A DNA stretch of 64,000 bases from Gemmatimonadales bacterium. Its GTDB lineage: Bacteria; Gemmatimonadota; Gemmatimonadetes; Gemmatimonadales; GWC2-71-9. The notes beneath the pieces were generated by a model, which saw only the letters and a list, made by a program, of their open reading frames with translations, was not told the DNA's origin and did not search any database. Both the position numbers and the translations under genes were made by a program. Positions 24,210 to 33,047 of the stretch are shown here, one piece after another; within the stretch, counting starts at the first letter, position 1; each line of letters begins with the position of its first letter. The stretch covers positions 1,804,024 through 1,868,023 of the forward strand of contig OZ252291.1 in NCBI GenBank assembly GCA_965250155.1. Reading direction: 5' to 3'.

Positions 24210-25916
24210 ATGAAGACCATCGGCTCCCATCTGGCCACGCTGCTCACGGGGGAAGCCAAACTGCGCCGGCAGCTCGCGCCGTTCGTGAAATACGTGGTCC
24301 TCCTCGTCGCGGTCGTTTTGCTCTACGGCTGGCTGTTCCACGCGATCATGGCGCGGGAAGGTCAGGACCACTCGTGGTTCACGGGAGTCTATTGGGCGCT
24401 CACCGTGATGAGCACCCTCGGCTTCGGTGATATCACGTTCGAGAGCGACCTGGGCCGCGCGTTCAGCACCCTCGTGCTGCTGACCGGCATGGTGCTGCTC
24501 CTCATCATCCTCCCGTTCCTCTTCATCCGCGTTGTGTACGCCCCGTGGCTCGAGCAGCGGAGCCGCGGCCGCATCCGCTCGCTACAGTCGGTGCCGGAAG
24601 GCCTCGCGGGTCACGTGCTGATTTGCGCCAACGATCCCATTGCGCCCGGGCTCATCCGCCGCCTTCAACTGGCGGACGTGCCGGTCTATGTGATCGAGCC
24701 CGACGCCGACCTTGCGATGCACATGCAGGATGTCGGCACGCCGGTCTTCATGGGCGAGGTCGACTCCGTCGAGACCTACCGAGCCGCCCGAGTGGCGCGG
24801 GCTCGCCTCGTCCTGGCCAACGTATCGGACACGGTCAACTCCAACATTGTCCTCACCGTGCGCGAGCTGTCCGAATCGGTGCCGATCGTCGCGCTGGCCG
24901 AAGTGGAAGACTCGATCGACGTGCTGGAGCTCAGCGGCGCCACGCACGTGCTGCCCCTCACGCACCAACTTGGCGAGCACCTCGCCAACCGGGTGAGCGC
25001 GGGGACGTCGCACGCCAACGTGATCGGCAAATTCCATGACCTGCTGCTCGCCGAGTTCCCGGTGCACGACACGCCGTTCCGGGGCCGGACCATCCGCGAC
25101 ACACGGTTGCGCGAGTTTACCGGGGCCACGATCGTCGGGGTGTGGGAGCGTGGGCGGTTCCACCCCGCCCGGCCGGACCTCGAACTGTCGCCGCTCAGCG
25201 TGCCGGTCGTAATCGGCACGCCCGAGCAGATCGCGGAGCTGGACGAAGTGCTCGTGATATACGACGCCAATCCGAATCCGGTGCTCATCGTCGGCGGCGG
25301 CAAGGTGGGGCGGGCCGCCGCTGCGGCTCTCAAGCGGCGGGAGGTCCCCGTGCATATGGTGGAACGCAACCCGGAACTGGAGCCACAGATCGTGAGCATT
25401 CCCGACCGGTTGTTTCTGGGCGACGCCGCCGACCGGCGCGTACTTGACGCAGCGGGGATCGCCGAGACACCGTGCGTCTTGCTCACGACGCACGACGATG
25501 CGATGAACGTCTACCTGACGGTGTACTGCCGGCGGCTCAATCCCGACGCGCGTATCCTCACCCGGGTCACGCACGAGCGGAACGTCGAGGCCATCCAGCG
25601 CGCCGGCGCCGACTTCGTCTTGAGCTACGCGTCCTTAGGGGTGCAGATGGTGTACTCGATCGTGCAGGGACGGGAGCTCGTCGTGCTGGGCGAGGGCGTT
25701 GATCTCTTCTACGTGCCGCTCCCGCCGTCGCTCGCGGACAAGACGCTCGCCAGCGCGGGGATCGGCGCGCGCACCGGCCTGAACGTGATCGGCGTCCAGA
25801 AGGACGGGCAGATCGTCACGAATCTGCCGCCCGACCAGCGGCTAGTTAAGGGCTCGATGCTCGTCGCCCTGGGCAGCGCGGAGCAGCGGGAGCGCTTCGG
25901 CGCCGTCTACGACTAG
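24210..25916 (+). CDS. potassium channel with two RCK/TrkA-N domains
   Basis: 568 aa. Selectivity filter TVMSTLGFGD, two Rossmann-like GxGxxG regions (VLICAND.., LIVGGGKVGRAAA). Confidence 0.8.
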   Translation: MKTIGSHLATLLTGEAKLRRQLAPFVKYVVLLVAVVLLYGWLFHAIMAREGQDHSWFTGVYWALTVMSTLGFGDITFESDLGRAFSTLVLLTGMVLLLIILPFLFIRVVYAPWLEQRSRGRIRSLQSVPEGLAGHVLICANDPIAPGLIRRLQLADVPVYVIEPDADLAMHMQDVGTPVFMGEVDSVETYRAARVARARLVLANVSDTVNSNIVLTVRELSESVPIVALAEVEDSIDVLELSGATHVLPLTHQLGEHLANRVSAGTSHANVIGKFHDLLLAEFPVHDTPFRGRTIRDTRLREFTGATIVGVWERGRFHPARPDLELSPLSVPVVIGTPEQIAELDEVLVIYDANPNPVLIVGGGKVGRAAAAALKRREVPVHMVERNPELEPQIVSIPDRLFLGDAADRRVLDAAGIAETPCVLLTTHDDAMNVYLTVYCRRLNPDARILTRVTHERNVEAIQRAGADFVLSYASLGVQMVYSIVQGRELVVLGEGVDLFYVPLPPSLADKTLASAGIGARTGLNVIGVQKDGQIVTNLPPDQRLVKGSMLVALGSAEQRERFGAVYD

Positions 25917-26079
25917 CCGCAGGGAGGCGGGTGCGCCACGCGGTTCTCGGAGGGGAATTCAAAACCTATCTCGTCCAAGCTGTGCTAGCGAGGGCAAAAG
26001 GTATGACCCCGGTGGCGTCCGGGCAACGAATTGGCGGGATGCCACTGGCGCTTGGAAGCCGGCGCGTTATGCTCCTCGC

Positions 26080-27150
26080 GTGAACGAGCGATGGATGATC
26101 TACGGCGCGTACGGATACACCGGCGAGCTGATTGCGCGAGAGGCCGTCGCTCGGGGGATGACCCCGGTGTTGGCCGGCCGGCGCAGTGAACCGGTATCGA
26201 GCGTGGCCAAAGAACTCGGACTCGAACACCGGGCTTTCGGTCTCGAGAATCCGGATCTCGTGACGAGCGGGTTGGAGGACATGACGCTTGTGCTGCACTC
26301 CGCTGGCCCATACTCCGCCACCAGTGGGCCAATGGTAGCAGGGTGTCTGAAGACGGGCGCGCACTATCTCGATATCACGGGCGAGATTCGTGTCTTCGAG
26401 TCGTTGCACGAGCGGGACGAGGAGGCGCGGAATGCGGGGGTGATCATCCTTCCCGGCGTCGGCTTTGACGTGGTGCCCACGGATTGTCTGGCCGCACGGC
26501 TTGCTTCGTGCATCCATCGACCCACTACCTTGGAGCTGGCGTTCCGTACCACGCGTAGTCTCACCCAGGGCACGGCCAAGAGTGTCGTTGAAAGCATGGG
26601 GTACCCCAATCTGGTGCGGCGAGGCGGGCGGATCGTTGAAGTGCCCATGGGCAGGCTTTTGCGCGATATCCCATTCTCGGACAAGACCCGGTTTGGCCTG
26701 GCGATCCCGTGGGGCGATGTCAGCACCGCGTATTACTCGACTGGTATACCAGACATAACGGTATACCGTACGATGCATCCCACGCGAGCCAGGAAGGCGC
26801 ACCTGATACGGCTCGTGCAGTGGGCGTTTCGGATCGGTCTGGTCCAGCGGTATCTGAAGTGGCGGGTCGAGCGCACCGTCAGCGGGCCGACGCAGCAACA
26901 GCTTACTGAGGGGATGGCACAGGTCTGGGGTGAAGTGCGGAACGCGCAAGGCAAAACGGCCACTGCGGAACTCACCACGCCGAACCCCTACGTGTGCACT
27001 GCCAACGCCGCCGTCTCTTCCGTAACGCGCGTATTCAATGGGGAGGTATCGGCGGATTCTGGTTTTCTGACGCCATCGCTCGCTTTCGGCGCCGATTTTA
27101 TATCTGGTTTGCACGGCGTCACGTGGACGATGGAGCCGGAACCGACGTGA
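26080..27150 (+). CDS. saccharopine dehydrogenase-like NAD(P)-binding oxidoreductase
   Basis: MIYGAYGYTGELIAREAVARGMTPVLAGRR N-terminus. GTG at 26080 or ATG at 26095. Confidence 0.65.
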   Translation: MNERWMIYGAYGYTGELIAREAVARGMTPVLAGRRSEPVSSVAKELGLEHRAFGLENPDLVTSGLEDMTLVLHSAGPYSATSGPMVAGCLKTGAHYLDITGEIRVFESLHERDEEARNAGVIILPGVGFDVVPTDCLAARLASCIHRPTTLELAFRTTRSLTQGTAKSVVESMGYPNLVRRGGRIVEVPMGRLLRDIPFSDKTRFGLAIPWGDVSTAYYSTGIPDITVYRTMHPTRARKAHLIRLVQWAFRIGLVQRYLKWRVERTVSGPTQQQLTEGMAQVWGEVRNAQGKTATAELTTPNPYVCTANAAVSSVTRVFNGEVSADSGFLTPSLAFGADFISGLHGVTWTMEPEPT

Positions 27151-27280
27151 GCACCGACGCACGCTGACAGTGTCGAGTTGCCCGCGCCCCACTCAGGGAG
27201 CGGCTTGCATTCGATAATCGGCTCATTGGCATCGACTCAGCGAGCCGCTCCGCCACCCCCGGGCAGGGGCCCCGGTCGCG

Positions 27281-28648
27281 TCACATATCGGGTCCCTTGT
27301 ACTGCACGCCGCCCTTGATCACATAGATCACGTTGTTCTGCTGCAGCGCGCTCATGTCCCGCAGAGGATTGCCGTTCACCACGATGATGTCGGCTAGCTT
27401 ACCAGGCTCCAGGGTTCCCACATCGCCGAATCTCCTGTAAAGCAAAGCCGGTGCCTTGGTCGCCATGCCGATCACCTTCATCGGAGGGATGCCGTAGCGA
27501 ACAAACAGGTCCATCTCCTGCCATGTGCTTTCGTAGTGAAAGTTCATGGGGGTCCCCGAGTCCGTCCCCACGACCATCCGCACCCCGTTCTCATACAGCT
27601 GCATCACCTTCGCAGCATGCCGCGCGTTCGCGTTCTTGGCGCCCGAGAAGTAGTTGAGCCGGCTGAAGTGGTTCAGCGACTCCCGCACGTCCTGATACAG
27701 GTCCGGAGGTAGATCCGCCCTCAGCTGTTGGTTGTCCAGACGCTCAGGGTATTCAGTGGTGATATCGTAGACCTTGCCGACCATCGAGGTGACGGAAGCC
27801 ACGATGCGGTTCTCCGCCATCAGGCGAATCATCTCCTCCGGATACAGCGGGGCCCCGCCACCCATGTGCTCGATGGAATTCGCACCCATCTCGGCGGCCG
27901 CACGCACCGTCTCGACCGAGCCCGCATGAACAGCGATGTGCATCCCTGCTCTCCGGGCCTCGGCCGCGATGGCGAGGCGCTCCTCCCGGGTGAGCTGGTT
28001 CAGCTGAATGACCTTCAACAGGTCCACTCCGGCGTCGATTAGCTGGCGAGCCTTCCTCGCGGCATCCTCCGGTCCGTCCACCGTCCAGCGGACGAAAGCC
28101 TGGGTCTCCATGTCGTATCTCGTCCCCCGAGCAGCGGGCAAGGTCTTTTGCAGGAACGGACCGGAAACGATGAGGCGGGGACCCAGCACCCGACCCGCTT
28201 CAATCTCGTCCCTGATCCAGAGAACGTCGTCGAGAGGAGCCCCGAGATCCCGGACGGTCGTCACCCCCGCCATGAGGAATTGGCGAGCCGAAATCTGCAT
28301 GATCTCCCGCCACCGCCCTTGATATCTAGGGAAGTATTCATCGTAGATCCCATGACCCGAGAGCAAGAGGTGGCCGTGGGCTTCGTTCAGCCCCGGCATG
28401 ACGGTGTACCCATTGGCATCGATGACCCTGGCCCCCGCGGGAATCTCGGTGTCCGACACCGTTCCCACGTGGGTGATGCGGTCCCCCTCTACCAGGATGA
28501 CCGAATTCCGGATCGGCACACCTTCTTGGCCGTCGATCAGGTAGCCACCCACGATGGCGAGTTGCTGCGCCTGGCCCGGCTCCGATCCTCCCGAGACAAG
28601 GAGGATGCCGATCGCCCAGAGTAACGTCCATAGTTGCACTTTCTTCAT
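27281..28648 (-). CDS. secreted amidohydrolase-family metal-dependent hydrolase
   Basis: Signal MKKVQLWTLLWAIGILLV (Met at 28648; the longer ORF runs to 28681). LNEAHGHL (HxH), HIAVHAGS, GTDSGT. Confidence 0.75.
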   Translation of the reverse strand: MKKVQLWTLLWAIGILLVSGGSEPGQAQQLAIVGGYLIDGQEGVPIRNSVILVEGDRITHVGTVSDTEIPAGARVIDANGYTVMPGLNEAHGHLLLSGHGIYDEYFPRYQGRWREIMQISARQFLMAGVTTVRDLGAPLDDVLWIRDEIEAGRVLGPRLIVSGPFLQKTLPAARGTRYDMETQAFVRWTVDGPEDAARKARQLIDAGVDLLKVIQLNQLTREERLAIAAEARRAGMHIAVHAGSVETVRAAAEMGANSIEHMGGGAPLYPEEMIRLMAENRIVASVTSMVGKVYDITTEYPERLDNQQLRADLPPDLYQDVRESLNHFSRLNYFSGAKNANARHAAKVMQLYENGVRMVVGTDSGTPMNFHYESTWQEMDLFVRYGIPPMKVIGMATKAPALLYRRFGDVGTLEPGKLADIIVVNGNPLRDMSALQQNNVIYVIKGGVQYKGPDM

Positions 28649-28784
28649 TCTGCACTCCGTTGGCTGGTAGCGACCCGGCACCCGAGAATCGGCGGTAGAA
28701 CTCGCCGACTAGCGTCGAGCCAGCGAGCCGCCGCGGATCGGTCGGACACGGGCCCTAGTCGAATGTCACACCGGTGCCGTCGGG

Positions 28785-28928
28785 TCATTTATACTGCACG
28801 CCACCCTTGATCACATGGATCACGTTGTTCTGTTGGAGGGCCCGCATGTGCGGCAAGGGATTGCCGCTCACCACTGATGATGTCCGCCAGCTTACCCGGC
28901 TCGATCGTGCCAAGCCCCCCGCCTGGGA
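28785..28928 (-). pseudogene. C-terminal remnant of a second amidohydrolase paralog
   Basis: LGTIEPGKLADII / GNPLPHMRALQQNNVIHVIKGGVQYK parallels VGTLEPGKLADIIVVNGNPLRDMSALQQNNVIYVIKGGVQYK of the neighbouring gene, with one frame slip. Nothing further upstream matches. Confidence 0.75.
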
Positions 28929-29044
28929 GGCCTGCACAGGAGCGGCCCCAGGGACTGCTAGCGCCGCCTGAGGCCTCTCCTCCTTACCCACCGCTGGGCT
29001 GTACGGCGGTGGAATGCGCTCCTTCACGGGCGCCTACCTGGCCG

Positions 29045-30256
29045 CTATAACATGCCTCCAGCCTCAGGCGCCACAACTCCCTTCTCGATCGTCTTCTGTC
29101 CCGCAACGTATGAGTCGCAGCCGAACATGGTGAAATGGCTGTGGTTGGGCGCTATGCGCGTAGAAGCTCCGCTACCTGAATACCCGGTCCCCTTGCCCCC
29201 AAGGCCGTGGCCGTAGTTCATTCCCAGGGCGAATAGGTGGCTTCCCAGGTGGTTGTGGGCGTAGTGGCCGAAGTCTCTGAGCCGGCTGGCCTCATGGGTG
29301 CCCCAGCCATAGTGACCGAGACCGTACGACTCGGGGTTGTTATAGGAGGCCAGACCGGCGTCGAACTCTGTGGCCCGCTTCCCCCCCTCGACCTTGGTGA
29401 TGTAGCCTCCCTCGAACGTGAGCTTGATCGACTCATCCAGGACCTGGGGATAGAGGTGATTGACAAGGTCGCCCGGTTGCAAGACCAGCGTGCCTTCCGC
29501 ACTGTCCTCATTGGGCATGAAGGCCACACAACCGTACCCAAAATTGTCCCAGCGCCCGCCCATATCCGCGATACCGTACTGGGCGTGGCCCGGCCGTCCT
29601 TGCTTCGTGCAGCTCCAGTCCGTTCCCGCGTCACTCGTGACTCGGAAGGGTCCGCCGGTGTTGTCACACAGGATCGCCCCCCTCAGAGTGCGCTCCCTTC
29701 TCTCCCGAGTGGGGAAGTATCTCCGTTGCCATCCCACGTCACCGCCGAGCGCCAACCACCTGGTCTTCGCGCCAGCCCGGTTGATGAGCTCGAAGTCGGT
29801 CCGGTAGGGGTGATCCCCCACCTTCGCGTTATAGGCTGTCGCAGCCCCCGGAACCCCCGGCGCATTGCCGATGCTCGAAGTGATCAGCAGGTCTGCGCCC
29901 GCGTACGTCTGCCAGTGCCAGTCCGTCAACCCTGGTTGGTACTCATTGCCACTGATCTTGGGAAACACGGTCAGGTGCGCCCCAGTGGCCCCGATCTCGC
30001 CGGCCGCTACCAGCATGGCGAGGAAGTATTCGTGATCGAAGACCATCGGCGTGGCAACCACGAAGGTCTCTCCGGCCCTCAACAGATTCTGTTCGAGGAT
30101 CTTCTTACAGTGACCTACCAGCAGGCCTGACGGCTCCGGAAGAGCGTTCAAGTCGTCCGTCGTGGCCACCGGGCTTGCGGACGTGGCAAGGGGCCCGAGC
30201 GCGGATCCAGCACCCACCGCGGCCATCGTCTTGGCGAAATCCCTACGTTTCATCAC
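29045..30256 (-). CDS. TAT-signal protein, aminopeptidase-T (M29) / NicX-like fold (tentative)
   Basis: MMKRRDFAKTMAAVGAGSAL twin-arginine signal. Paralogous to 30457..31563 (RVTSDAGTDWS.., IKLTFEGGYITKVEGG). Confidence 0.5.
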   Translation of the reverse strand: MMKRRDFAKTMAAVGAGSALGPLATSASPVATTDDLNALPEPSGLLVGHCKKILEQNLLRAGETFVVATPMVFDHEYFLAMLVAAGEIGATGAHLTVFPKISGNEYQPGLTDWHWQTYAGADLLITSSIGNAPGVPGAATAYNAKVGDHPYRTDFELINRAGAKTRWLALGGDVGWQRRYFPTRERRERTLRGAILCDNTGGPFRVTSDAGTDWSCTKQGRPGHAQYGIADMGGRWDNFGYGCVAFMPNEDSAEGTLVLQPGDLVNHLYPQVLDESIKLTFEGGYITKVEGGKRATEFDAGLASYNNPESYGLGHYGWGTHEASRLRDFGHYAHNHLGSHLFALGMNYGHGLGGKGTGYSGSGASTRIAPNHSHFTMFGCDSYVAGQKTIEKGVVAPEAGGML

Positions 30257-30456
30257 TGACCTCCTTAATTGTTGATTGTTGGCTGTGTCAAGCGACCCCC
30301 CGGTGAAACGCGTGCTTCAGCTTCTCCGAGAGGTAGGCAAACCGCTTGCTATCCGGGTCGTGGATTCGTTGGGCTCCAGCGGGTTCCGCGACAGCTAAAA
30401 GCCCACCCCCCTAACCGCTCTGCACATCTCCCTCACCGCTTCGTCGATCGCCTGCA

Positions 30457-31563
30457 CTAGGCGAGTTCAGGCGGGATGATCTTGTTGTTGTCGACGATCA
30501 GGTTGCCATCCAGGTACAGCCTCTTGTTCCGGCAGCAGATGTCGACATGGACCGGCGTGAAGTTCGCTCCGCCCAAGGAATCGAACAGGTTGCGCCCGAT
30601 GGAGACCATGACGTTTCCGTACATGGTCTCAACGTCCATGCCCATGATATGCCACTGGGCGCGGTGCTCGGCCCCCCACCCCGCGTGGGCGATCCGGAAC
30701 GGGTCCGAGAGACGGCCCCGAGGGTCCCTGACGTCTGCGTACAACTCAAGCCGCTCGCGGATCATGTCGGCATCCATGCCGCCCTCGATCTTTGTGAGGC
30801 GCCCCCCTTCGAGGGTGATCTTGACCTGAGATTGGCAGCGGTGCCGTAGACCCAGGATGACATCGCCCGGATGTACCATGTAGACGCCTTCGGCTTGGTC
30901 CTCGAGGGGCGCACAAGTCACCAAGCCCGAAGGCCAGTGATCCCAGCGGCCCGGTACGGCAGAGACTCCACACCCGTAGGCGCCCTTGCGGCCGTCCTTG
31001 CGCATGGTGAAGTCGGTACCCCGGTCATCCGTCACGCGGATCTCGTTCGCCACCTGTATGCGGCGGGCCCCGGCGGACGTCCGCCTGATGATGTCATCGT
31101 GGGGAAACATCCGGCGTAGCGTCTCAACGGGCTGCTGCACCATGAGCGTCCGTGTGCCCGAGCGCACGGCGAAATTGTGAGCTTCCGAGTAGAGCGGGAT
31201 CGCCCCGTATACGACGTCGGCCGCCACGAAGGCTTCCTGGAGCATCTCGCTCTCGCTCATCCCCGAGGTGGCAACCAGAGCAAACGCGTTGGCACCGAGA
31301 GCCTTCGCGGCTGCCAGCGACGCCGTGATGTATTCCGGCCGGGCGTAGCCCGTGGTCGAGTAGAACAGGAAGTTCTCCCCTTCCTTGACCTTGCAGAGGC
31401 GCATATGGCGCGTGAAGAGGCCGACGAGGTCCGCTACCTGCTGCGATTGCGGCTCCGGGTCCACTTCCTCCACCATCACGTTCTCTGCAAGCAGTGCGGC
31501 CGGAAGCGTTGAAGCCGCCAACGTCTGGACTGATACGTTTTTACAGAAGTCTCGCCGCCTCAT
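30457..31563 (-). CDS. TAT-signal protein, aminopeptidase-T (M29) / NicX-like fold (tentative), paralog
   Basis: MRRRDFCKNVSVQTLAAS signal. RVTDDRGTDFT, VKITLEGGRLTKIEGG, HAGWG, HVDICC. Confidence 0.5.
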   Translation of the reverse strand: MRRRDFCKNVSVQTLAASTLPAALLAENVMVEEVDPEPQSQQVADLVGLFTRHMRLCKVKEGENFLFYSTTGYARPEYITASLAAAKALGANAFALVATSGMSESEMLQEAFVAADVVYGAIPLYSEAHNFAVRSGTRTLMVQQPVETLRRMFPHDDIIRRTSAGARRIQVANEIRVTDDRGTDFTMRKDGRKGAYGCGVSAVPGRWDHWPSGLVTCAPLEDQAEGVYMVHPGDVILGLRHRCQSQVKITLEGGRLTKIEGGMDADMIRERLELYADVRDPRGRLSDPFRIAHAGWGAEHRAQWHIMGMDVETMYGNVMVSIGRNLFDSLGGANFTPVHVDICCRNKRLYLDGNLIVDNNKIIPPELA

Positions 31564-31622
31564 GGTTCTGGCACCTTACTGTGAAAGAGCGATGCAATAC
31601 AATCACACTCACCGTGAACCAA

Positions 31623-32981
31623 TTATCGTCCTGCCGTGCCGGTTTGATCAGGAGTGAAGACAAGCCCCGGGATGCCGTCGATCTCACTCTGGAGCAGCAG
31701 TCGGCACGTCGCATTTTGCACTTCGAACCCCTGGGGAATCTCGGTCTGGAACAAGTCCAGGCCGTGGTTGAAGATATAGAGGCGCGTGTCGCCCATCAGC
31801 GTCCCCTCAAACAGCATGGTGCGCCGGCGCTCGTCGATGAGCTTGTCCCTGATCTCGTTTTCGCCTGTTCCGGCAGGTGCCCACGCAATGTTCACTCCCC
31901 GCTGCGTCCGAATCTGGTTGATCATGGTCACCGTTTGTGTCGGGTCCGTCGCCAGAGCCGCCTCTGCCATGATGAACTGCATCTCCACACCCGACGTGAT
32001 AATCAGCAGAGTGGACCCCGAGGGTACCTTCAAGGGCGCATGGACGTCGTCAAATTGCCCGCGGGCTGGGACTGGGTTCACCTCCAACACTATGCGGGAA
32101 TCCTCGATTCCCGTGTCATCCACGGTGAGATTGCGAAAGGCCGGACTCACGCCGTGCTCCCCAAAGCCCCACGTCCGGAACCAGATGTGGTTGGTCTGCT
32201 CCTGGGTGTTGGTGGAGTACCTGGCAAGGAACTCAAAGTCGGGATCGACCTGCTCCGCGAACAGTCGGGCGGCATTCAGGTTCCCGAGGAGCCGGTTTGC
32301 CCGGGCCAGCCCCGCCAGCGCCGCCTGACGAATCTCACTCTCTGCGTTGGTCGCGTTCAGTGCGTTCTGGAACTGGTCTGCCGCAAGCTGATACCCCTCT
32401 ATGGACTTCAAGACGGGACCCTGGCCAAAAAGTACAAATTCACAATAGAAGTCCGCCATCCAGAGGGTTTCGAAGCCGTTGTACACCGAGACTCTGGCGT
32501 ATTCGGCCGAATTCGCAGGATCTGAAATATCCGGGAACTCGCCGGCCAAGATCTTCCCCTGTGCGGCGTTGGACGAATTGATGGCCACCTGAAGGAATGA
32601 GTAGTACGCCACACTGGGTCCGCGGGTTTCGCGGCCCCCACCCGTGAGCCCACCGGCCTCCCCACCACCGCGCGAGCCCAGCTGACGCTGGCTCTGTGTA
32701 TAACGCAGCAGGCTCACGGACGTCATCCCACCAGAGAACATGTTGGTTTCGTACATCCAGACGTCGTAGGAGAAGTACATATCGGCCTGGGCCCCCACCA
32801 TCGTCTCCGCCAGCAGGGCCGGGTTCACTTCAGGGTCGACGAAATGGGGATCAGCCGCCACCTCCAGCAGATCCTCGCAAGCCGTGATTGCGGTCACAAC
32901 AAGTACAAGCGAGAACGTCCGGGCGAAGAAGCGCCCCGTCTTTCGAGGGCTCGTCATTCCGCTAAGGCCCGTTATCATCAT
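31623..32981 (-). CDS. susD: SusD/RagB-family outer-membrane lipoprotein
   Basis: Lipobox LVVTAITAC. C-terminal SGVEMQFIMAEAAL...MINQIRTQRG pattern. Sits directly downstream of the SusC-like gene. Confidence 0.75.
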   Translation of the reverse strand: MMITGLSGMTSPRKTGRFFARTFSLVLVVTAITACEDLLEVAADPHFVDPEVNPALLAETMVGAQADMYFSYDVWMYETNMFSGGMTSVSLLRYTQSQRQLGSRGGGEAGGLTGGGRETRGPSVAYYSFLQVAINSSNAAQGKILAGEFPDISDPANSAEYARVSVYNGFETLWMADFYCEFVLFGQGPVLKSIEGYQLAADQFQNALNATNAESEIRQAALAGLARANRLLGNLNAARLFAEQVDPDFEFLARYSTNTQEQTNHIWFRTWGFGEHGVSPAFRNLTVDDTGIEDSRIVLEVNPVPARGQFDDVHAPLKVPSGSTLLIITSGVEMQFIMAEAALATDPTQTVTMINQIRTQRGVNIAWAPAGTGENEIRDKLIDERRRTMLFEGTLMGDTRLYIFNHGLDLFQTEIPQGFEVQNATCRLLLQSEIDGIPGLVFTPDQTGTAGR

Positions 32982-33047
32982 GATCAGACTCCTCTATATC
33001 GTTAGTGGGTTCACCGTTCCAATCGGCTGCTCACCTCCTCGGTCGTG

